DNA of 64,000 nucleotides from an uncultured Burkholderiales bacterium. Lineage in GTDB: Bacteria > Pseudomonadota > Gammaproteobacteria > Burkholderiales > Thiobacteraceae. The stretch lies in assembly GCA_964445085.1 (NCBI GenBank), contig CAYUJV010000001.1, positions 812 through 64,811 on the forward strand, written 5' to 3'. Shown in pieces: positions 7,062 through 17,534 of the stretch (position 1 is its first letter; the number at the start of each line of letters is the position of its first letter). Made by a program: the position numbers and the translations under genes. A model generated the notes under the pieces. It did no database searches. It saw only the letters and a program-made list of their open reading frames with translations, and had not been told where the DNA came from.

Positions 7062-8930
7062 ATGGCCCTCCTCCAGATCGCAGAACCCGGCTTGTGCGCC
7101 GATCCTCACCAGCATCGGCTCGCCATCGGCATTGATCTGGGCACCACCAACTCCCTGGTGGCCACGGTGCGCAGCGGCGAGACGACGGTGCTGGATGACG
7201 AAGCCGGTCGCCCCCTGCTGCCCTCGGTCGTGTGCTACCTTGACGACGGCCAGGTGGAAGTGGGCCACGCCGCCCAGGCGCGCCAGAGCGATGACCCCCA
7301 CAACACCATCGTGTCGGTGAAGCGCTTCATGGGGCGCGGCCTGAAGGACGTGCCGGACGCCGCATCCACACCCTACCGCTTCGTCGACACCCCGGGCATG
7401 GTGCGCCTGGAAACCCGTGCCGGCGTGAAGAGCCCGGTGGAGGTGTCGGCGGAAATCCTCAAGACCCTGCGCGCCCGCGCCGAAGCGGCCCTCGGCGGCG
7501 AACTCACCGGCGCGGTGATCACGGTGCCTGCCTATTTCGACGACGCCCAGCGCCAGGCGACCAAGGACGCGGCGCGGCTCGCCGGCATCAACGTGCTGCG
7601 GCTGCTCAACGAGCCCACCGCCGCCGCGGTGGCCTACGGGCTGGACAATGCCTCGCAGGGCACGTTCTGCGTCTACGACCTGGGCGGCGGCACCTTCGAC
7701 ATTTCCATCCTGCGCCTCAAGCAGGGCATCTTCGAAGTGGTGGCCACGAACGGCGATTCCACCCTCGGCGGCGACGACTTCGACGAACGCATCTACCGCT
7801 GGATCGTCGACCAGTGCGGCATGACCGGCCTCTCCGCCGGCGACATGCGCCTGCTCCTGAGCGCGGCGCGCAGGGCAAAGGAGGCCCTGACCGATGCCGA
7901 GGAAACCCGCATCGCCGTCACGCTCTCCTCCGGCCGGACCATCAACCTGAATTTGAGCGCAGACACGTTCTTCGCCCTCACCGCCGATCTCGTCGCGCGC
8001 ACCCTGGGACCGACGCGCAAGGCCCTGCGCGATGCCGGTCTGGCTGCCGAGGACATCGACGGCGTGGTGCTGGTCGGCGGTTCCACCCGCATGCGCCACG
8101 TGCGCGAGGCGGTGCAGAAATACTTCCACCGCGAGCCGCTCACCAATCTCGACCCGGACAAGGTGGTGGCCCTGGGCGCCGCCATGCAGGCCAACCTGCT
8201 GGTGGGCAACCGCAAGGCGGACGACTGGCTGCTGCTGGATGTGATCCCCCTGTCCCTGGGGCTGGAGACCATGGGCGGCCTGGCGGAGAAGGTCATTCCG
8301 CGCAATGCCACCATCCCCGTCGCACGGGCGCAGGAGTTCACCACCTTCAAGGACGGCCAGACCGCGATGAGCATCCACGTGGTGCAGGGCGAGCGCGAGC
8401 TGGTGAATGACTGCCGGTCCCTCGCCCGCTTCGAGCTGCGCGGGATTCCGCCCATGGTGGCGGGCGCGGCGCGCATCCGCGTCACCTTCCAGGTGGACGC
8501 CGACGGCCTGCTGTCCGTCTCGGCGCAGGAGCAGACCAGCGGTGTGCAGGCGACGATCGAGGTCAAGCCCTCCTATGGGCTCTCCGACGACGAGATCGCG
8601 CGCATGCTGCGGGAGTCCTACACCCATGCCCAGGATGACATGGACGCGCGCAACCTGCGCGAGCAGCGGGTGGACGGCCTGCGCCTGATCGAAGCGACCC
8701 AGGCGGCCCTGGACCAGGATGGCGCGGCCCTGCTGTCCGACACCGAGCGCGCCGGCATCGAACGGGCAATGGAAACGCTGCGGGTGCTGCTCAACGGCCC
8801 GGACTGGAATGCCATCAAGCGCGCCGCCGATTCGCTCAACCGCGTCACCACCCAGTTCGCCGCGCGGCGCATGGACGCGAGCGTCCAGCGCGCCCTGTCG
8901 GGACAGCGGCTGGATGCGATCGAGGTCTGA
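7062..8930 (+). CDS. hscA: Fe-S cluster assembly chaperone HscA (Hsp70 type)
   Basis: 622 aa. [13 protein letters not shown]...DLGGGTFD...[12 protein letters not shown], with an HscA-type N-terminus [10 protein letters not shown]. Confidence 0.95.
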   Translation: MALLQIAEPGLCADPHQHRLAIGIDLGTTNSLVATVRSGETTVLDDEAGRPLLPSVVCYLDDGQVEVGHAAQARQSDDPHNTIVSVKRFMGRGLKDVPDAASTPYRFVDTPGMVRLETRAGVKSPVEVSAEILKTLRARAEAALGGELTGAVITVPAYFDDAQRQATKDAARLAGINVLRLLNEPTAAAVAYGLDNASQGTFCVYDLGGGTFDISILRLKQGIFEVVATNGDSTLGGDDFDERIYRWIVDQCGMTGLSAGDMRLLLSAARRAKEALTDAEETRIAVTLSSGRTINLNLSADTFFALTADLVARTLGPTRKALRDAGLAAEDIDGVVLVGGSTRMRHVREAVQKYFHREPLTNLDPDKVVALGAAMQANLLVGNRKADDWLLLDVIPLSLGLETMGGLAEKVIPRNATIPVARAQEFTTFKDGQTAMSIHVVQGERELVNDCRSLARFELRGIPPMVAGAARIRVTFQVDADGLLSVSAQEQTSGVQATIEVKPSYGLSDDEIARMLRESYTHAQDDMDARNLREQRVDGLRLIEATQAALDQDGAALLSDTERAGIERAMETLRVLLNGPDWNAIKRAADSLNRVTTQFAARRMDASVQRALSGQRLDAIEV

Positions 8931-8934
8931 AGCG

Positions 8935-9273
8935 ATGCCGCAGCTCATCGTGCTGCCCCACGAAACCCTGTGCCCGGACGGCGCCGCATTGGAGGCCCCA
9001 AGCGGCGCGACCATCTGCGACGCCCTGCTCGCCGCCGGCATCGAGCTCGACCACGCCTGCGAGCAGTCCTGCGCCTGCACCACCTGCCATGTCATCGTGC
9101 GCGAGGGCCTCGACTCGCTGAACCCAAGCACCGAGCAGGAGGACGACCTGCTCGACAAGGCCTGGGGGCTGGAGCCGGAATCGCGCCTCGCCTGCCAGGC
9201 CGTGGTCGATGGCACGGACTTGGTGATCGAGATACCTAAATACTCGATCAACATGGTCAAGGAAGGGCATTGA
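8935..9273 (+). CDS. fdx: ISC-system [2Fe-2S] ferredoxin
   Basis: MPQLIVLPHETLCPDG...ACEQSCACTTCHV...SRLACQ. Begins 5 nt after the hscA stop. Confidence 0.9.
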   Translation: MPQLIVLPHETLCPDGAALEAPSGATICDALLAAGIELDHACEQSCACTTCHVIVREGLDSLNPSTEQEDDLLDKAWGLEPESRLACQAVVDGTDLVIEIPKYSINMVKEGH

Positions 9274-9363
9274 GATGAGTCTGTCCTGGCCAGCGCGCTG
9301 TCACAAGAACAGGCTCTGCATCGTGCTGCGCGCATCGGGGATTCTGGTGCAGAAAATCGTGCT

Positions 9364-9394
9364 GTTCTCGGTGTTCTCCGTGCCGCTGTGGTGA
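9364..9394. repeat. REP-like element, family 2 (CTCTGTGCCTCTGTGGTGA type), single arm
   Basis: GTTCTCGGTGTTCTCCGTGCCGCTGTGGTGA resembles the arms at 15318-15446. Confidence 0.45.
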
Positions 9395-9487
9395 GTGGGA
9401 AGACGTCCCTCTCCGCCGGGGTGAGGGTGCGGCGATCCCAATCCCGCCCACCACGTTGAACGCCGGCCTTTTTTGCGGAGGTCCCTC

Positions 9488-10600
9488 ATGCGCATCGGCG
9501 TCCCGAAGGAAATCAAGGACCATGAATACCGTGTCGGCGTCACCCCTGCCGGCGTGAGCGCGTTCAAGGCCCACGGCCACGGCGTGCTGGTGGAAGCCGG
9601 GGCCGGCGCGCGCATCGGCTTCAGCGATGCCCTGTACGAGGCGGCGGGCGCCATGATCGCCGGCCGCAGCGAAGTCTACGCCTGCGACATGATCGTCAAG
9701 GTCAAGGAACCGCAGCCCACGGAGGTCTCCTTGCTGCGCGAGGGGCAGGTGCTGTTCTGCTACCTGCATCTCGCTCCCGAGCCGGAACTCACCCGCGGCC
9801 TGCTCGAACGCAAGGTCATCGGCATCGCCTACGAGACGGTCACCGACGCCCAGGGCGCCCTGCCGCTGCTCACGCCCATGTCGGAAGTCGCCGGCCGCCT
9901 CGCGGTGCAGGCCGGCGCCACGGCGCTGCAGATCGCCAACGGCGGCAGCGGCGTGCTGCTCGGCGGCGTGCCGGGCGTGGCGCCGGGCAAGGTGCTCGTC
10001 CTGGGCGGCGGCGTGTCGGGCATCAATGCCGCGAAGCTGGCGCTGGGTCTCGGTGCCGACGTCACCGTGCTCGACATCAACCTCGCGCGGCTGCGCTATC
10101 TGGACGACGTATTCGGCATGCGCCTGAAAACGCGCTTCTCCGAACCGGCCGCGCTCGCCGCGCTCACGCCCGAGGCCGACCTGGTCATCGGCGCCGTCCT
10201 CATCCCGGGCGGGCGCGCGCCGCAGCTGTTGACGCGCGAGATGATCAAGGCGATGAAGCCGGGCTCCGCTTTCGTGGACATCGCCATCGACCAGGGCGGC
10301 TGCGCCGAGACCTCGCGCCCCACCACCCATTCCGACCCGACCTATGTCGAGCATGGGGTGGTGCACTACTGCGTCACCAACATGCCCGGCGCCACCGCGC
10401 GCACCTCCACCCTGGCCCTGACCCAGGCCACGCTGCCGCTGGCGCTGGAGCTGGCGGACAAGGGCTACGCCCGCGCGCTCCTGGACAATCCCGGGCTGCA
10501 GGATGGGCTGAACGTGTTTCGCGGCCAGGTCACGCATCCGGCGGTGGCGGCGGATCTTGGCTATGCGCTGGAGCCGGTGGAGACGGCGTTGGCGGCATAG
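9488..10600 (+). CDS. ald: alanine dehydrogenase
   Basis: [23 protein letters not shown]...[14 protein letters not shown]...[19 protein letters not shown]. Confidence 0.9.
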   Translation: MRIGVPKEIKDHEYRVGVTPAGVSAFKAHGHGVLVEAGAGARIGFSDALYEAAGAMIAGRSEVYACDMIVKVKEPQPTEVSLLREGQVLFCYLHLAPEPELTRGLLERKVIGIAYETVTDAQGALPLLTPMSEVAGRLAVQAGATALQIANGGSGVLLGGVPGVAPGKVLVLGGGVSGINAAKLALGLGADVTVLDINLARLRYLDDVFGMRLKTRFSEPAALAALTPEADLVIGAVLIPGGRAPQLLTREMIKAMKPGSAFVDIAIDQGGCAETSRPTTHSDPTYVEHGVVHYCVTNMPGATARTSTLALTQATLPLALELADKGYARALLDNPGLQDGLNVFRGQVTHPAVAADLGYALEPVETALAA

Positions 10601-10699
10601 TTGCGGTTGCGCGCTTCCCGTGCCTTCTTTCGGGCCGGGTGTGCCCCGGCGCCTGTCGAGACTCACATGACCGCCTGTCGGCCGCGTTTCCCGCGGCGA

Positions 10700-10762
10700 A
10701 ATCCTCCCTGTCCCCTCTTTTGCAAAGAGGGGAACCTGCTACACAAGGACTTAGCAGGTTCC
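10700..10762. repeat. REP-like double hairpin downstream of ald
   Basis: TCCCCTCTT-ttgca-AAGAGGGGA (10711-10733), followed by GGAACCTGCT-N12-AGCAGGTTCC (10731-10762). No T-run. Confidence 0.4.
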
Positions 10763-10866
10763 TCCCGTTGGCAAGGACAGAAGGGATTTCAGCGGCGCCA
10801 CTCGATCGGGTAATTTCCAACAAGACACTGCACGCCAACGCACCTCACCCGATCCGCAAATATCCC

Positions 10867-10882
10867 TGTCGCAATCCCTACA
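10867..10882. promoter_or_regulatory. NifA-type UAS upstream of nifV
   Basis: TGTCGCAATCCCTACA, centred about 93 bp upstream of the -24 element. Confidence 0.65.
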
Positions 10883-10965
10883 ATCCGCGACAAATGTCGC
10901 TTCCCCCTCCCCTGCGGTTTCCCATTCAAAGCGGTAACAGCCTGATTGGCGCCAGGAATTTCCGC

Positions 10966-10981
10966 TGGCACAGCCCTTGCT
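10966..10981 (+). promoter_or_regulatory. sigma54 (-24/-12) promoter of the nifV operon
   Basis: TGGCAC-agccc-TTGCT, 40 bp upstream of the nifV ATG. Confidence 0.7.
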
Positions 10982-11019
10982 CCATACCCAAGCGAAAGCG
11001 ATTCATCTTCGGAGCGAAC

Positions 11020-12162
11020 ATGGCCCAACCTTCGGTAGTCGTAAACGACACGACCCTGCGCGATGGCGAGCAGACCGCCGGCGTGGCCTTCACCGCCGAA
11101 GAGCGCATCGCCATCGCCCGCGCCCTGGCCGCGGCCGGGGTGCCGGAAATGGAGGTCGGCATTCCGGTGATGGGGCCGGACGAGCAAGAGAACATCCTCG
11201 CCATCGCCCGGCTCGGCCTGCCGTCGAATCTCATGGCGTGGGGCCGCATGTGCGACGCCGACCTGACCGCCGCCGCCAGCTGCGGCGTGCATATCGTCAA
11301 CCTGTCGATCCCGGTGTCCGACATCCAGATCCGCCACAAGCTGGGCCGCGACCGGGAATGGGTGCTCGACAGCATCACCCACTTCGTGAGCATGGCCCTG
11401 GATCTGGGCATGGACGTGTGCGTCGGCGGCGAGGACGCCTCGCGCGCCGACATGGATTTCCTGCTGCGGGTGGTCGACGCGGCCCAGGTCGCCGGCGCGC
11501 GCCGCTTCCGCTTCGCCGACACCCTGGGCCTGCTTGACCCGTTCACCACGTTCAAGCGCATCAACCAGCTGCGCGAGGCCACCGACCTGGAGCTGGAGAT
11601 GCATGCCCATAACGACCTCGGCCTGGCGACGGCCAACACCCTCGCCGCCGTGCTCGCCGGTGCCACGCACATCAACACCACGGTCAATGGCCTCGGCGAG
11701 CGCGCCGGCAACGCCGCGCTGGAGGAATCCGTCACCGCGATGCATCACCTGTACAACGTGCAGACCGGCATCGACACCCGCCACTTCCCGGAGATTTCGC
11801 GCCTCGTGGCGATCGCATCCGGTCGACCGGTCCCCGTGAACAAGAGCATCGTCGGCGACGGCGTGTTCACCCACGAGTCCGGCATCCACGTTGATGGCCT
11901 GATCAAGAACCCTCTCAACTACCAGGGCCTCCCCCCCGAGGAAGTCGGCCGCACCCACAAGCTGGTGCTCGGCAAGCATTCCGGCTCGAGCGCGGTCAGG
12001 CAGGCCTATGCCGGCATCGGCATCACGCTCACCGATTTCGAGGCCAAGACGCTGCTGGCCCGCATCCGCGAACACGCCGTGGCCACCAAGCGCACCCCGA
12101 CGCCGGCGGACCTGGAGCGCTTCTATCTCGAAGCGCTGCCCCGCGCGCTGGCGCGGTCCTGA
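11020..12162 (+). CDS. nifV: homocitrate synthase NifV
   Basis: VNDTTLRDGEQTAGVAF...HAHNDLGLATANTLAA...VNGLGERAGNAALEE. Internal ATG of ORF 10639..12162. Confidence 0.9.
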   Translation: MAQPSVVVNDTTLRDGEQTAGVAFTAEERIAIARALAAAGVPEMEVGIPVMGPDEQENILAIARLGLPSNLMAWGRMCDADLTAAASCGVHIVNLSIPVSDIQIRHKLGRDREWVLDSITHFVSMALDLGMDVCVGGEDASRADMDFLLRVVDAAQVAGARRFRFADTLGLLDPFTTFKRINQLREATDLELEMHAHNDLGLATANTLAAVLAGATHINTTVNGLGERAGNAALEESVTAMHHLYNVQTGIDTRHFPEISRLVAIASGRPVPVNKSIVGDGVFTHESGIHVDGLIKNPLNYQGLPPEEVGRTHKLVLGKHSGSSAVRQAYAGIGITLTDFEAKTLLARIREHAVATKRTPTPADLERFYLEALPRALARS

Positions 12163-12177
12163 GAGGAGCCAGAAACC

Positions 12178-12990
12178 ATGTCCGAGATGCTCGACCTCAA
12201 GACCCTGGCCAGCCGCGACGTGCAGTCGCCCATCGAGCCCACGCCCGGCCTTCTCGCCCTGCTGCGTGAAGACGTGGCCTGCGTGTTCGGGCGCGACCCG
12301 GCGGCGCGCACCACCTGGGAAGTCGTCACCACCTATCCCGGCATCCATGCGCTGATGTGGCACCGCATCAGCCATGCCCTGTGGAAGCGTGGGCTGCGCT
12401 ATCCGGCACGGTTCCTGAGTTTTCTCGCGCGCATGTTCACCCAGATCGATATTCATCCCGGCGCCACCATCGGCCGCCGCTTCTTCATCGATCACGGCTG
12501 CGGCGTGGTCATCGGCGAAACGGCAGAAATCGGTAACGACGTCACGCTCTATCACGGCGTCACCCTCGGCGGCGTCTCCTGGAATCCGGGCAAGCGCCAC
12601 CCGACTCTCGAAGACGGCGTGGTGGTGGGCGCCGGAGCCAAGATCCTTGGTCCGATCACCGTCGGCCGCGATGCGCGCGTCGGCGCCAACTCGGTGGTGA
12701 TCAACGACGTTCCCGCGACCATGACGGTGGTCGGCATTCCTGGCCGCGTCGTGCTGCCCGCCAGCCAGCGCCGCATCACCCGGCAGGGCATCGACCTCGA
12801 CCACCACCTGATGCCGGACCCGGTGGGCAAGGCGATCTCCTGCCTGCTCGACCGCATCGCGGTCCTGGAAAAGCAACTGGGCATTCCCGGCGACACGCCG
12901 GTGCTGCCGGCCACGACCGACTGCGTCACCTGCACCGAAACCTGCGACCCGGCCCACGTGGCCGCGGGACGCAATCGGGCCACTCACTGA
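12178..12990 (+). CDS. cysE: serine O-acetyltransferase (nif-cluster CysE/NifP type)
   Basis: Hexapeptide-repeat region [42 protein letters not shown]. Confidence 0.85.
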   Translation: MSEMLDLKTLASRDVQSPIEPTPGLLALLREDVACVFGRDPAARTTWEVVTTYPGIHALMWHRISHALWKRGLRYPARFLSFLARMFTQIDIHPGATIGRRFFIDHGCGVVIGETAEIGNDVTLYHGVTLGGVSWNPGKRHPTLEDGVVVGAGAKILGPITVGRDARVGANSVVINDVPATMTVVGIPGRVVLPASQRRITRQGIDLDHHLMPDPVGKAISCLLDRIAVLEKQLGIPGDTPVLPATTDCVTCTETCDPAHVAAGRNRATH

Positions 12991-13000
12991 AGGAAACGCC

Positions 13001-13333
13001 ATGAGCGAACTGTTCAAGAAAATGGCCAGCTTTTCCGCCGCGGAGGACTTTCTCGACTTCTTCCAGGTGGACTACGACCAGGCCGTGGTCAACGTCAACC
13101 GCCTGCACATCCTCAAGCGCTTCAATCAATACCTGCGGGCGACCCCCGGCACGGCGGAAATGACCGACGACGCGCTGCGCAGCGTTTGCAAGGAACTGCT
13201 GACCAGAGCCTACGGCGACTTCGTCCGCTCGACCCCGGCGCAGGAAAAGGTCTTCAAGGTTTTCCAGGACGTGGACGGAAAGCAGCACGTCTCCATCGAC
13301 AGCCTGCGCACCGCCATGCCGACCCGCGGCTAA
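13001..13333 (+). CDS. nifW: nitrogenase-stabilizing/protective protein NifW
   Basis: SAAEDFLDFFQVDYDQAVVNVNRLHILKRFNQYL is the typical NifW N-terminal signature. Confidence 0.85.
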   Translation: MSELFKKMASFSAAEDFLDFFQVDYDQAVVNVNRLHILKRFNQYLRATPGTAEMTDDALRSVCKELLTRAYGDFVRSTPAQEKVFKVFQDVDGKQHVSIDSLRTAMPTRG

Positions 13334-13346
13334 GGAGCCAAGCACC

Positions 13347-14192
13347 ATGCACATCGTCGTCTGCATCAAGCAGGTTCCGGACAGCGCCCAAATCCGCGTG
13401 CATCCGGTGACCAACACCATCATGCGCCAGGGCGTGCCGGCCATCGTCAACCCCTACGACCTGTTCGCGCTGGAAGAGGCGCTGCGCCTGAAGGACCAGT
13501 ACGGCGCCCGCGTCACCGTGCTGTGCATGGGCCCGCCCCAGGCCGAGGCCGCGTTGAGGAAGGCCATCTCCTTCGGTGCCGACGACGCCATCCTGGTCAC
13601 CGACCGCGCCTTCGCCGGCTCCGACACCCTGGCCACCAGCTTCGCCCTGGCCTCCGCCATCAGGAAAATCCAGGAAGACATGCCGGTGGACATCGTGTTC
13701 GCCGGCAAGCAGACCATCGACGGCGACACCGCCCAGGTCGGACCCGGCATCGCCAAGCGCCTGGACCTGCAGCTGCTGACCTACGTGTCGAAGATCGTCG
13801 AGCTCGACCTGGAACGGCGCGAGATCACCCTGCACCGGCGCGCCGAAGGCGGCGTGCAGGTTCTGAAAACGCAACTGCCCTGCCTGATCACCATGCTCGA
13901 AGGCACCAACGAGATGCGTTTCGCCACCATGGCCAACATGTTCCGCGCCGCGCGCTATCCCTTGAAACAGTGGGACAAGGACGCCGCCGGCATCGAGGAC
14001 GTGAGCAAGATCGGCCTCAAGGGCTCGCCCACCATCGTGAGCAAGGTGTTCGCGCCGCAGCCCAAGTCGCAGCGTGCAGAGATGATCGACTGCGAAAGCC
14101 GCGAGCCGAAGGATTTGTCGGTCACCCTGCTGACGAAGATGTTCACCAAATTCCCGCACCTGGCCGAGGAAATCGGCAAGAACGGCGCATAG
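13347..14192 (+). CDS. fixA: electron transfer flavoprotein beta subunit FixA
   Basis: MHIVVCIKQVPDSAQIRVHP... is EtfB-like, directly upstream of fixBCX. Confidence 0.9.
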   Translation: MHIVVCIKQVPDSAQIRVHPVTNTIMRQGVPAIVNPYDLFALEEALRLKDQYGARVTVLCMGPPQAEAALRKAISFGADDAILVTDRAFAGSDTLATSFALASAIRKIQEDMPVDIVFAGKQTIDGDTAQVGPGIAKRLDLQLLTYVSKIVELDLERREITLHRRAEGGVQVLKTQLPCLITMLEGTNEMRFATMANMFRAARYPLKQWDKDAAGIEDVSKIGLKGSPTIVSKVFAPQPKSQRAEMIDCESREPKDLSVTLLTKMFTKFPHLAEEIGKNGA

Positions 14193-14216
14193 CGGACGGC
14201 ACCAGAGGATCAAGCC

Positions 14217-15308
14217 ATGAGCGAAACAACCGAACAGAAAAAACCCGCCGGGCGGCGCAAATTCGAGCTCGACCCGCGCCTGGCGTCATACAAGGGCGTG
14301 TGGGTCTTCGTCGAGCACGAGCGCGGCGTGGCCCACCCGGTGTCTTGGGAGCTGATGGGCGAAGGCCGCAAGCTGGCCGACAAACTCGGGGTGCCGCTGG
14401 CCGGCGTGGTGATGGGGGCGCCAGGCATCGCGACCCGCAAATTCTGTCAGGAGGCCTTCCACTACGGCGCCGACCTCTGCTACCTGATGGAAGACCCGCT
14501 GCTGTCCGACTACCGCAACCAGCCCTTCACCAAGGGGCTGACCGATCTGGTCAATGCCTATCAGCCTGAAATCCTGCTGCTGGGCGCAACGACACTCGGC
14601 CGCGACCTGGCCGGCAGCGTCGCCACCACCCTGCAGACCGGGCTCACCGCCGACTGCACCGAGCTCAACATCGACATGGAAAACCGCAGCCTGGCCGCGA
14701 CCCGCCCAACCTTCGGCGGCAGCCTGCTGTGCACCATCGTCACCCTGAACTACCGCCCGCAGATGGCCACCGTGCGGCCGCGGGTGATGAGCATGCCAAA
14801 GAAGGACGACACCCGCACCGGCAGCATCACCGAGCACCCGCTGGGCATGATTGAAACCGACATCGTCACCAAGGTGCTCGAATACATCCCCGACAACCTC
14901 GCCGGCAAGCCGCAGCTGCCCTTCGCCGACATCATCGTGTCCGGCGGGCGCGGCATGAAGCGCCCGGAGAATTTCCAGCTGATCTGGGACCTGGCCAAGG
15001 TGCTGGGGGCCGAAGTCGGCGCCACCCGGCCGGTGGTGCAGGCCGGCTGGGTGGAACTGGATCGCCAGGTTGGCCAGTCCGGCAAGACCGTGCGCCCCAA
15101 GCTCTACATCGCCGCCGGCATCTCCGGCGCGATCCAGCACCGCGTCGGCATGGAGGGCTCGGACGTGATCATCGCCATCAACACCGACGAGAACGCGCCG
15201 ATCTTTGACTTCGCCACCTACGGCATCGTCGGCAATGCGATGACGGTATTGCCGGCGCTGACCGAGGCGTTCCGGCAGCAATTGGCGACGGCAAAGGTGG
15301 CGGTTTGA
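14217..15308 (+). CDS. fixB: electron transfer flavoprotein alpha subunit FixB
   Basis: EtfA-like C-terminus: IVSGGRGMK...RPVVQAGW...[25 protein letters not shown]. Confidence 0.9.
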   Translation: MSETTEQKKPAGRRKFELDPRLASYKGVWVFVEHERGVAHPVSWELMGEGRKLADKLGVPLAGVVMGAPGIATRKFCQEAFHYGADLCYLMEDPLLSDYRNQPFTKGLTDLVNAYQPEILLLGATTLGRDLAGSVATTLQTGLTADCTELNIDMENRSLAATRPTFGGSLLCTIVTLNYRPQMATVRPRVMSMPKKDDTRTGSITEHPLGMIETDIVTKVLEYIPDNLAGKPQLPFADIIVSGGRGMKRPENFQLIWDLAKVLGAEVGATRPVVQAGWVELDRQVGQSGKTVRPKLYIAAGISGAIQHRVGMEGSDVIIAINTDENAPIFDFATYGIVGNAMTVLPALTEAFRQQLATAKVAV

Positions 15309-15317
15309 ACACCGATC

Positions 15318-15446
15318 TCACCACAGAGGCACAAAGACACAGAGAAATGCACAACCATTTTCATAAAATCAGTGCCAAGTCGCCTGAGTGGCCAGCAACG
15401 AGACACCGGTGTGGGTTTTCTCTGTGCCTCTGTGTCTCTGTGGTGA
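15318..15446. repeat. REP family 2 inverted pair in the fixB-fixC gap
   Basis: TCACCACAGAGGCACAAAGACACAGAGAA (15318-15346) and TTCTCTGTGCCTCTGTGTCTCTGTGGTGA (15418-15446) form an imperfect inverted repeat around a 71-bp AT-richer loop. Confidence 0.65.
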
Positions 15447-15463
15447 ACGCTAAGGAGTAATCA

Positions 15464-16762
15464 ATGGACGAAAAATTTGACGCAATCGTAGTCGGCGCCG
15501 GCCCGTCGGGCAATGCCGCGGCCTACACCCTGGCCAAGGCCGGTCTGAAGGTCTTGCAGATCGAGCGTGGCGAATACCCGGGCTCGAAGAACGTGCAGGG
15601 CGCGATCCTGTACTCCAAGGCGCTGGAGGAAATCATCCCCGACTTCCGCGAAGACGCGCCGCTGGAGCGCCACATCATCGAACAGCAGATGTGGGTGCTG
15701 GACGACGAGTCCTACGTCGGCTCCACCTACCGCTCCGCCGAGTTCAACAAGCAGCCCTACAACCGCTACACCATCATCCGCGCCCAGTTCGACAAGTGGT
15801 TCTCCAAGCGCGTGCAGGAGGCTGGCGCGCTGCTGGTGTGCGAGACCACCGTCACCAATCTGATCATGGACCGCGACCGCGTGATCGGCGTGCAGACCGA
15901 CCGCGAGGGCGGCTCGGTGTACGCGGATGTGGTCATCCTGGCCGATGGGGTGAACTCGCTGCTGGCGAAGAAGGCCGGCTTCCATCCCGAGCTCGAACCC
16001 AAGGACGTGGCGCTGGCGGTGAAGGAAATCCACTTCCTGCCGGAAGAAACCATCCAGACCCGCTTCAACATCGGCGAGGGCGAAGGCGTGGTGATCGAGA
16101 TGGCGGGCAAGATCACCCAGGGCATGATGGGCACCGGCTTCCTCTACACCAACAAGGACTCGCTCACCATCGGCGTCGGCTGCATGCTGTCCGACTTCAA
16201 GCAGCAGAAGACCACACCTTACATGCTGCTGGAGCAGATGAAGGCCCATCCCGCCATCAAGCCCCTGATCGCCGGTGGCGAGATGAAGGAATACACCGCG
16301 CACCTGATCCCGGAAGGCGGCTACAAGGCCATGCCCAGGCTCGTCGGCGAGGGCTGGATGATCGTCGGCGACTCTGGCATGTTCGTCAACGCGGTGCACC
16401 GCGAAGGCTCGAATCTCGCCATGACCACCGGGCGCCTCGCCGCCGAGACCGTGATCGACCTCAAGCAGAAGAACCTGCCGATGACCGCCGCCAACCTCGC
16501 CTACTACCAGGGCCGGCTGGAAGACAGTTTCGTCATGAAGGACCTGAAGAAGTACAAGAACATGCCGGAAATCTTTCATAAGAATAACCAGTTCTTCACC
16601 GACTATCCGGAGCTGGTGAACCGCGCCGCCCACACCATGCTGACCGTGGACGGCGTGGACAAGAAGACCAAGGAGCGCCAGATCCGCGAGAGCTTCCGGC
16701 AGCGGCGCTCGATGTTCGGCCTGATGGGCGATGCGTTCAAGTTTTGGAGGGCTTTCGAATGA
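15464..16762 (+). CDS. fixC: ETF-quinone oxidoreductase-like flavoprotein FixC
   Basis: FDAIVVGAGPSGNAAAYTLAKAG FAD-binding motif. 432 aa, in the fixABCX context. Confidence 0.9.
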   Translation: MDEKFDAIVVGAGPSGNAAAYTLAKAGLKVLQIERGEYPGSKNVQGAILYSKALEEIIPDFREDAPLERHIIEQQMWVLDDESYVGSTYRSAEFNKQPYNRYTIIRAQFDKWFSKRVQEAGALLVCETTVTNLIMDRDRVIGVQTDREGGSVYADVVILADGVNSLLAKKAGFHPELEPKDVALAVKEIHFLPEETIQTRFNIGEGEGVVIEMAGKITQGMMGTGFLYTNKDSLTIGVGCMLSDFKQQKTTPYMLLEQMKAHPAIKPLIAGGEMKEYTAHLIPEGGYKAMPRLVGEGWMIVGDSGMFVNAVHREGSNLAMTTGRLAAETVIDLKQKNLPMTAANLAYYQGRLEDSFVMKDLKKYKNMPEIFHKNNQFFTDYPELVNRAAHTMLTVDGVDKKTKERQIRESFRQRRSMFGLMGDAFKFWRAFE

Positions 16763-17052
16763 TCCCGGTGAAAGTAGAGGAAAAGCTGTTCCAGAACCGC
16801 TACCGCGTCGATCCCGGCCGGCCGCACATCAGCATCAGGAACCCCACCACCTGCCAGGTGGAATGCAAGACCCAGGAATGCACGGTCTGCTGTCCCGCCG
16901 GCTGCTACACCGCGGAAGGCAATGGCCAGGTGGTGCTGATCACCGATGGCTGCCTGGAATGCGGCACCTGCCGCATCATCTGCACCACCTACCGCAATGT
17001 GGACTGGGAGTATCCGCGCGGCGGATACGGCATCCTGTTCAAGTTTGGATGA
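16759..17052 (+). CDS. fixX: ferredoxin-like protein FixX
   Basis: MIPVKVEEKLFQNRYRVD...CPAGCY...CLECGTCRIIC. ATGA overlap with the fixC stop. Confidence 0.85.
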   Translation: MIPVKVEEKLFQNRYRVDPGRPHISIRNPTTCQVECKTQECTVCCPAGCYTAEGNGQVVLITDGCLECGTCRIICTTYRNVDWEYPRGGYGILFKFG

Positions 17053-17055
17053 TTG

Positions 17056-17145
17056 CTAGCTGGTAGCTTGTAGCTGGTAGCTTGTAGCGAAAAGCCGCGC
17101 TGCGCGCGACAAACAGCTACAAGCTACAGGCTACAAGCTACTGGC
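17056..17145. repeat. palindromic REP-like element, family 1, copy B (duplicated arms)
   Basis: CTAGCTGGTAGCTTGTAGCTGGTAGCTTGTAGCG ... GCCGCGCTGCGCGCGAC ... GCTACAAGCTACAGGCTACAAGCTACTGGC. Confidence 0.7.
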
Positions 17146-17174
17146 CATAACCCCCCTACCAGCTAAGGAATCTC

Positions 17175-17498
17175 ATGCCCAAACCCGAAAAACACGTCTT
17201 CGTCTGCGTTCAGAACCGCGGCCCCGGACACCCGCGCGGCTCCTGCGTGCAAAGCGGCGCCGCGGAAGTGTGGGAGGAATTTGCTTACAACTTCCAGCAG
17301 AAGGGCTTGAACGGCCGCTTCGCCCTGAGTAACACCGGCTGCCTCGGCCCCTGCAACGGCCCGCATGTGCTGGTCTATCCGGAAGGCGTGATGTACGGCA
17401 AGGTCACCAAGGATGACGTCGCGGCCATCGTGGAAGAACACCTGCTGGGCGGGACGCCGGTGGATCGGCTGAAGCTGCCGCCGGGTGTGTGGGATTGA
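17175..17498 (+). CDS. thioredoxin-like [2Fe-2S] ferredoxin (Shethna FeSI / clostridial 2Fe Fd type)
   Basis: HVFVCVQNRGPGHPRGSC...NTGCLGPCNGPHVLVYPEGVMYG has the Cys pattern and fold signature of this family. Confidence 0.8.
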   Translation: MPKPEKHVFVCVQNRGPGHPRGSCVQSGAAEVWEEFAYNFQQKGLNGRFALSNTGCLGPCNGPHVLVYPEGVMYGKVTKDDVAAIVEEHLLGGTPVDRLKLPPGVWD

Positions 17499-17534
17499 CC
17501 AGCCCAGGCGTGATGACGGAACAGCAGCGCTGCG

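Noticed and set aside
6582-9335. 917-aa minus-strand ORF, with similar giant ORFs at 10789..13017 (-), 24259..26148 (+), 26049..27830 (+), 45487..49884 (+, 1465 aa), 49724..52351 (+) and 41871..43499 (+).
   Set aside because: Each lies antisense to a gene with an unmistakable family signature (hscA, nifV/cysE, nifK, nifD, glgP/pgm, tkt, nifB). Their translations are low-complexity and rich in Arg, Ala, Gly and His. This is the usual stop-codon-poor antisense artefact of GC-rich DNA.
9257-10666. 469-aa minus-strand ORF overlapping ald, and the 117-aa ORF 9301..9654.
   Set aside because: They are antisense to a clear alanine dehydrogenase gene and their translations are low-complexity.
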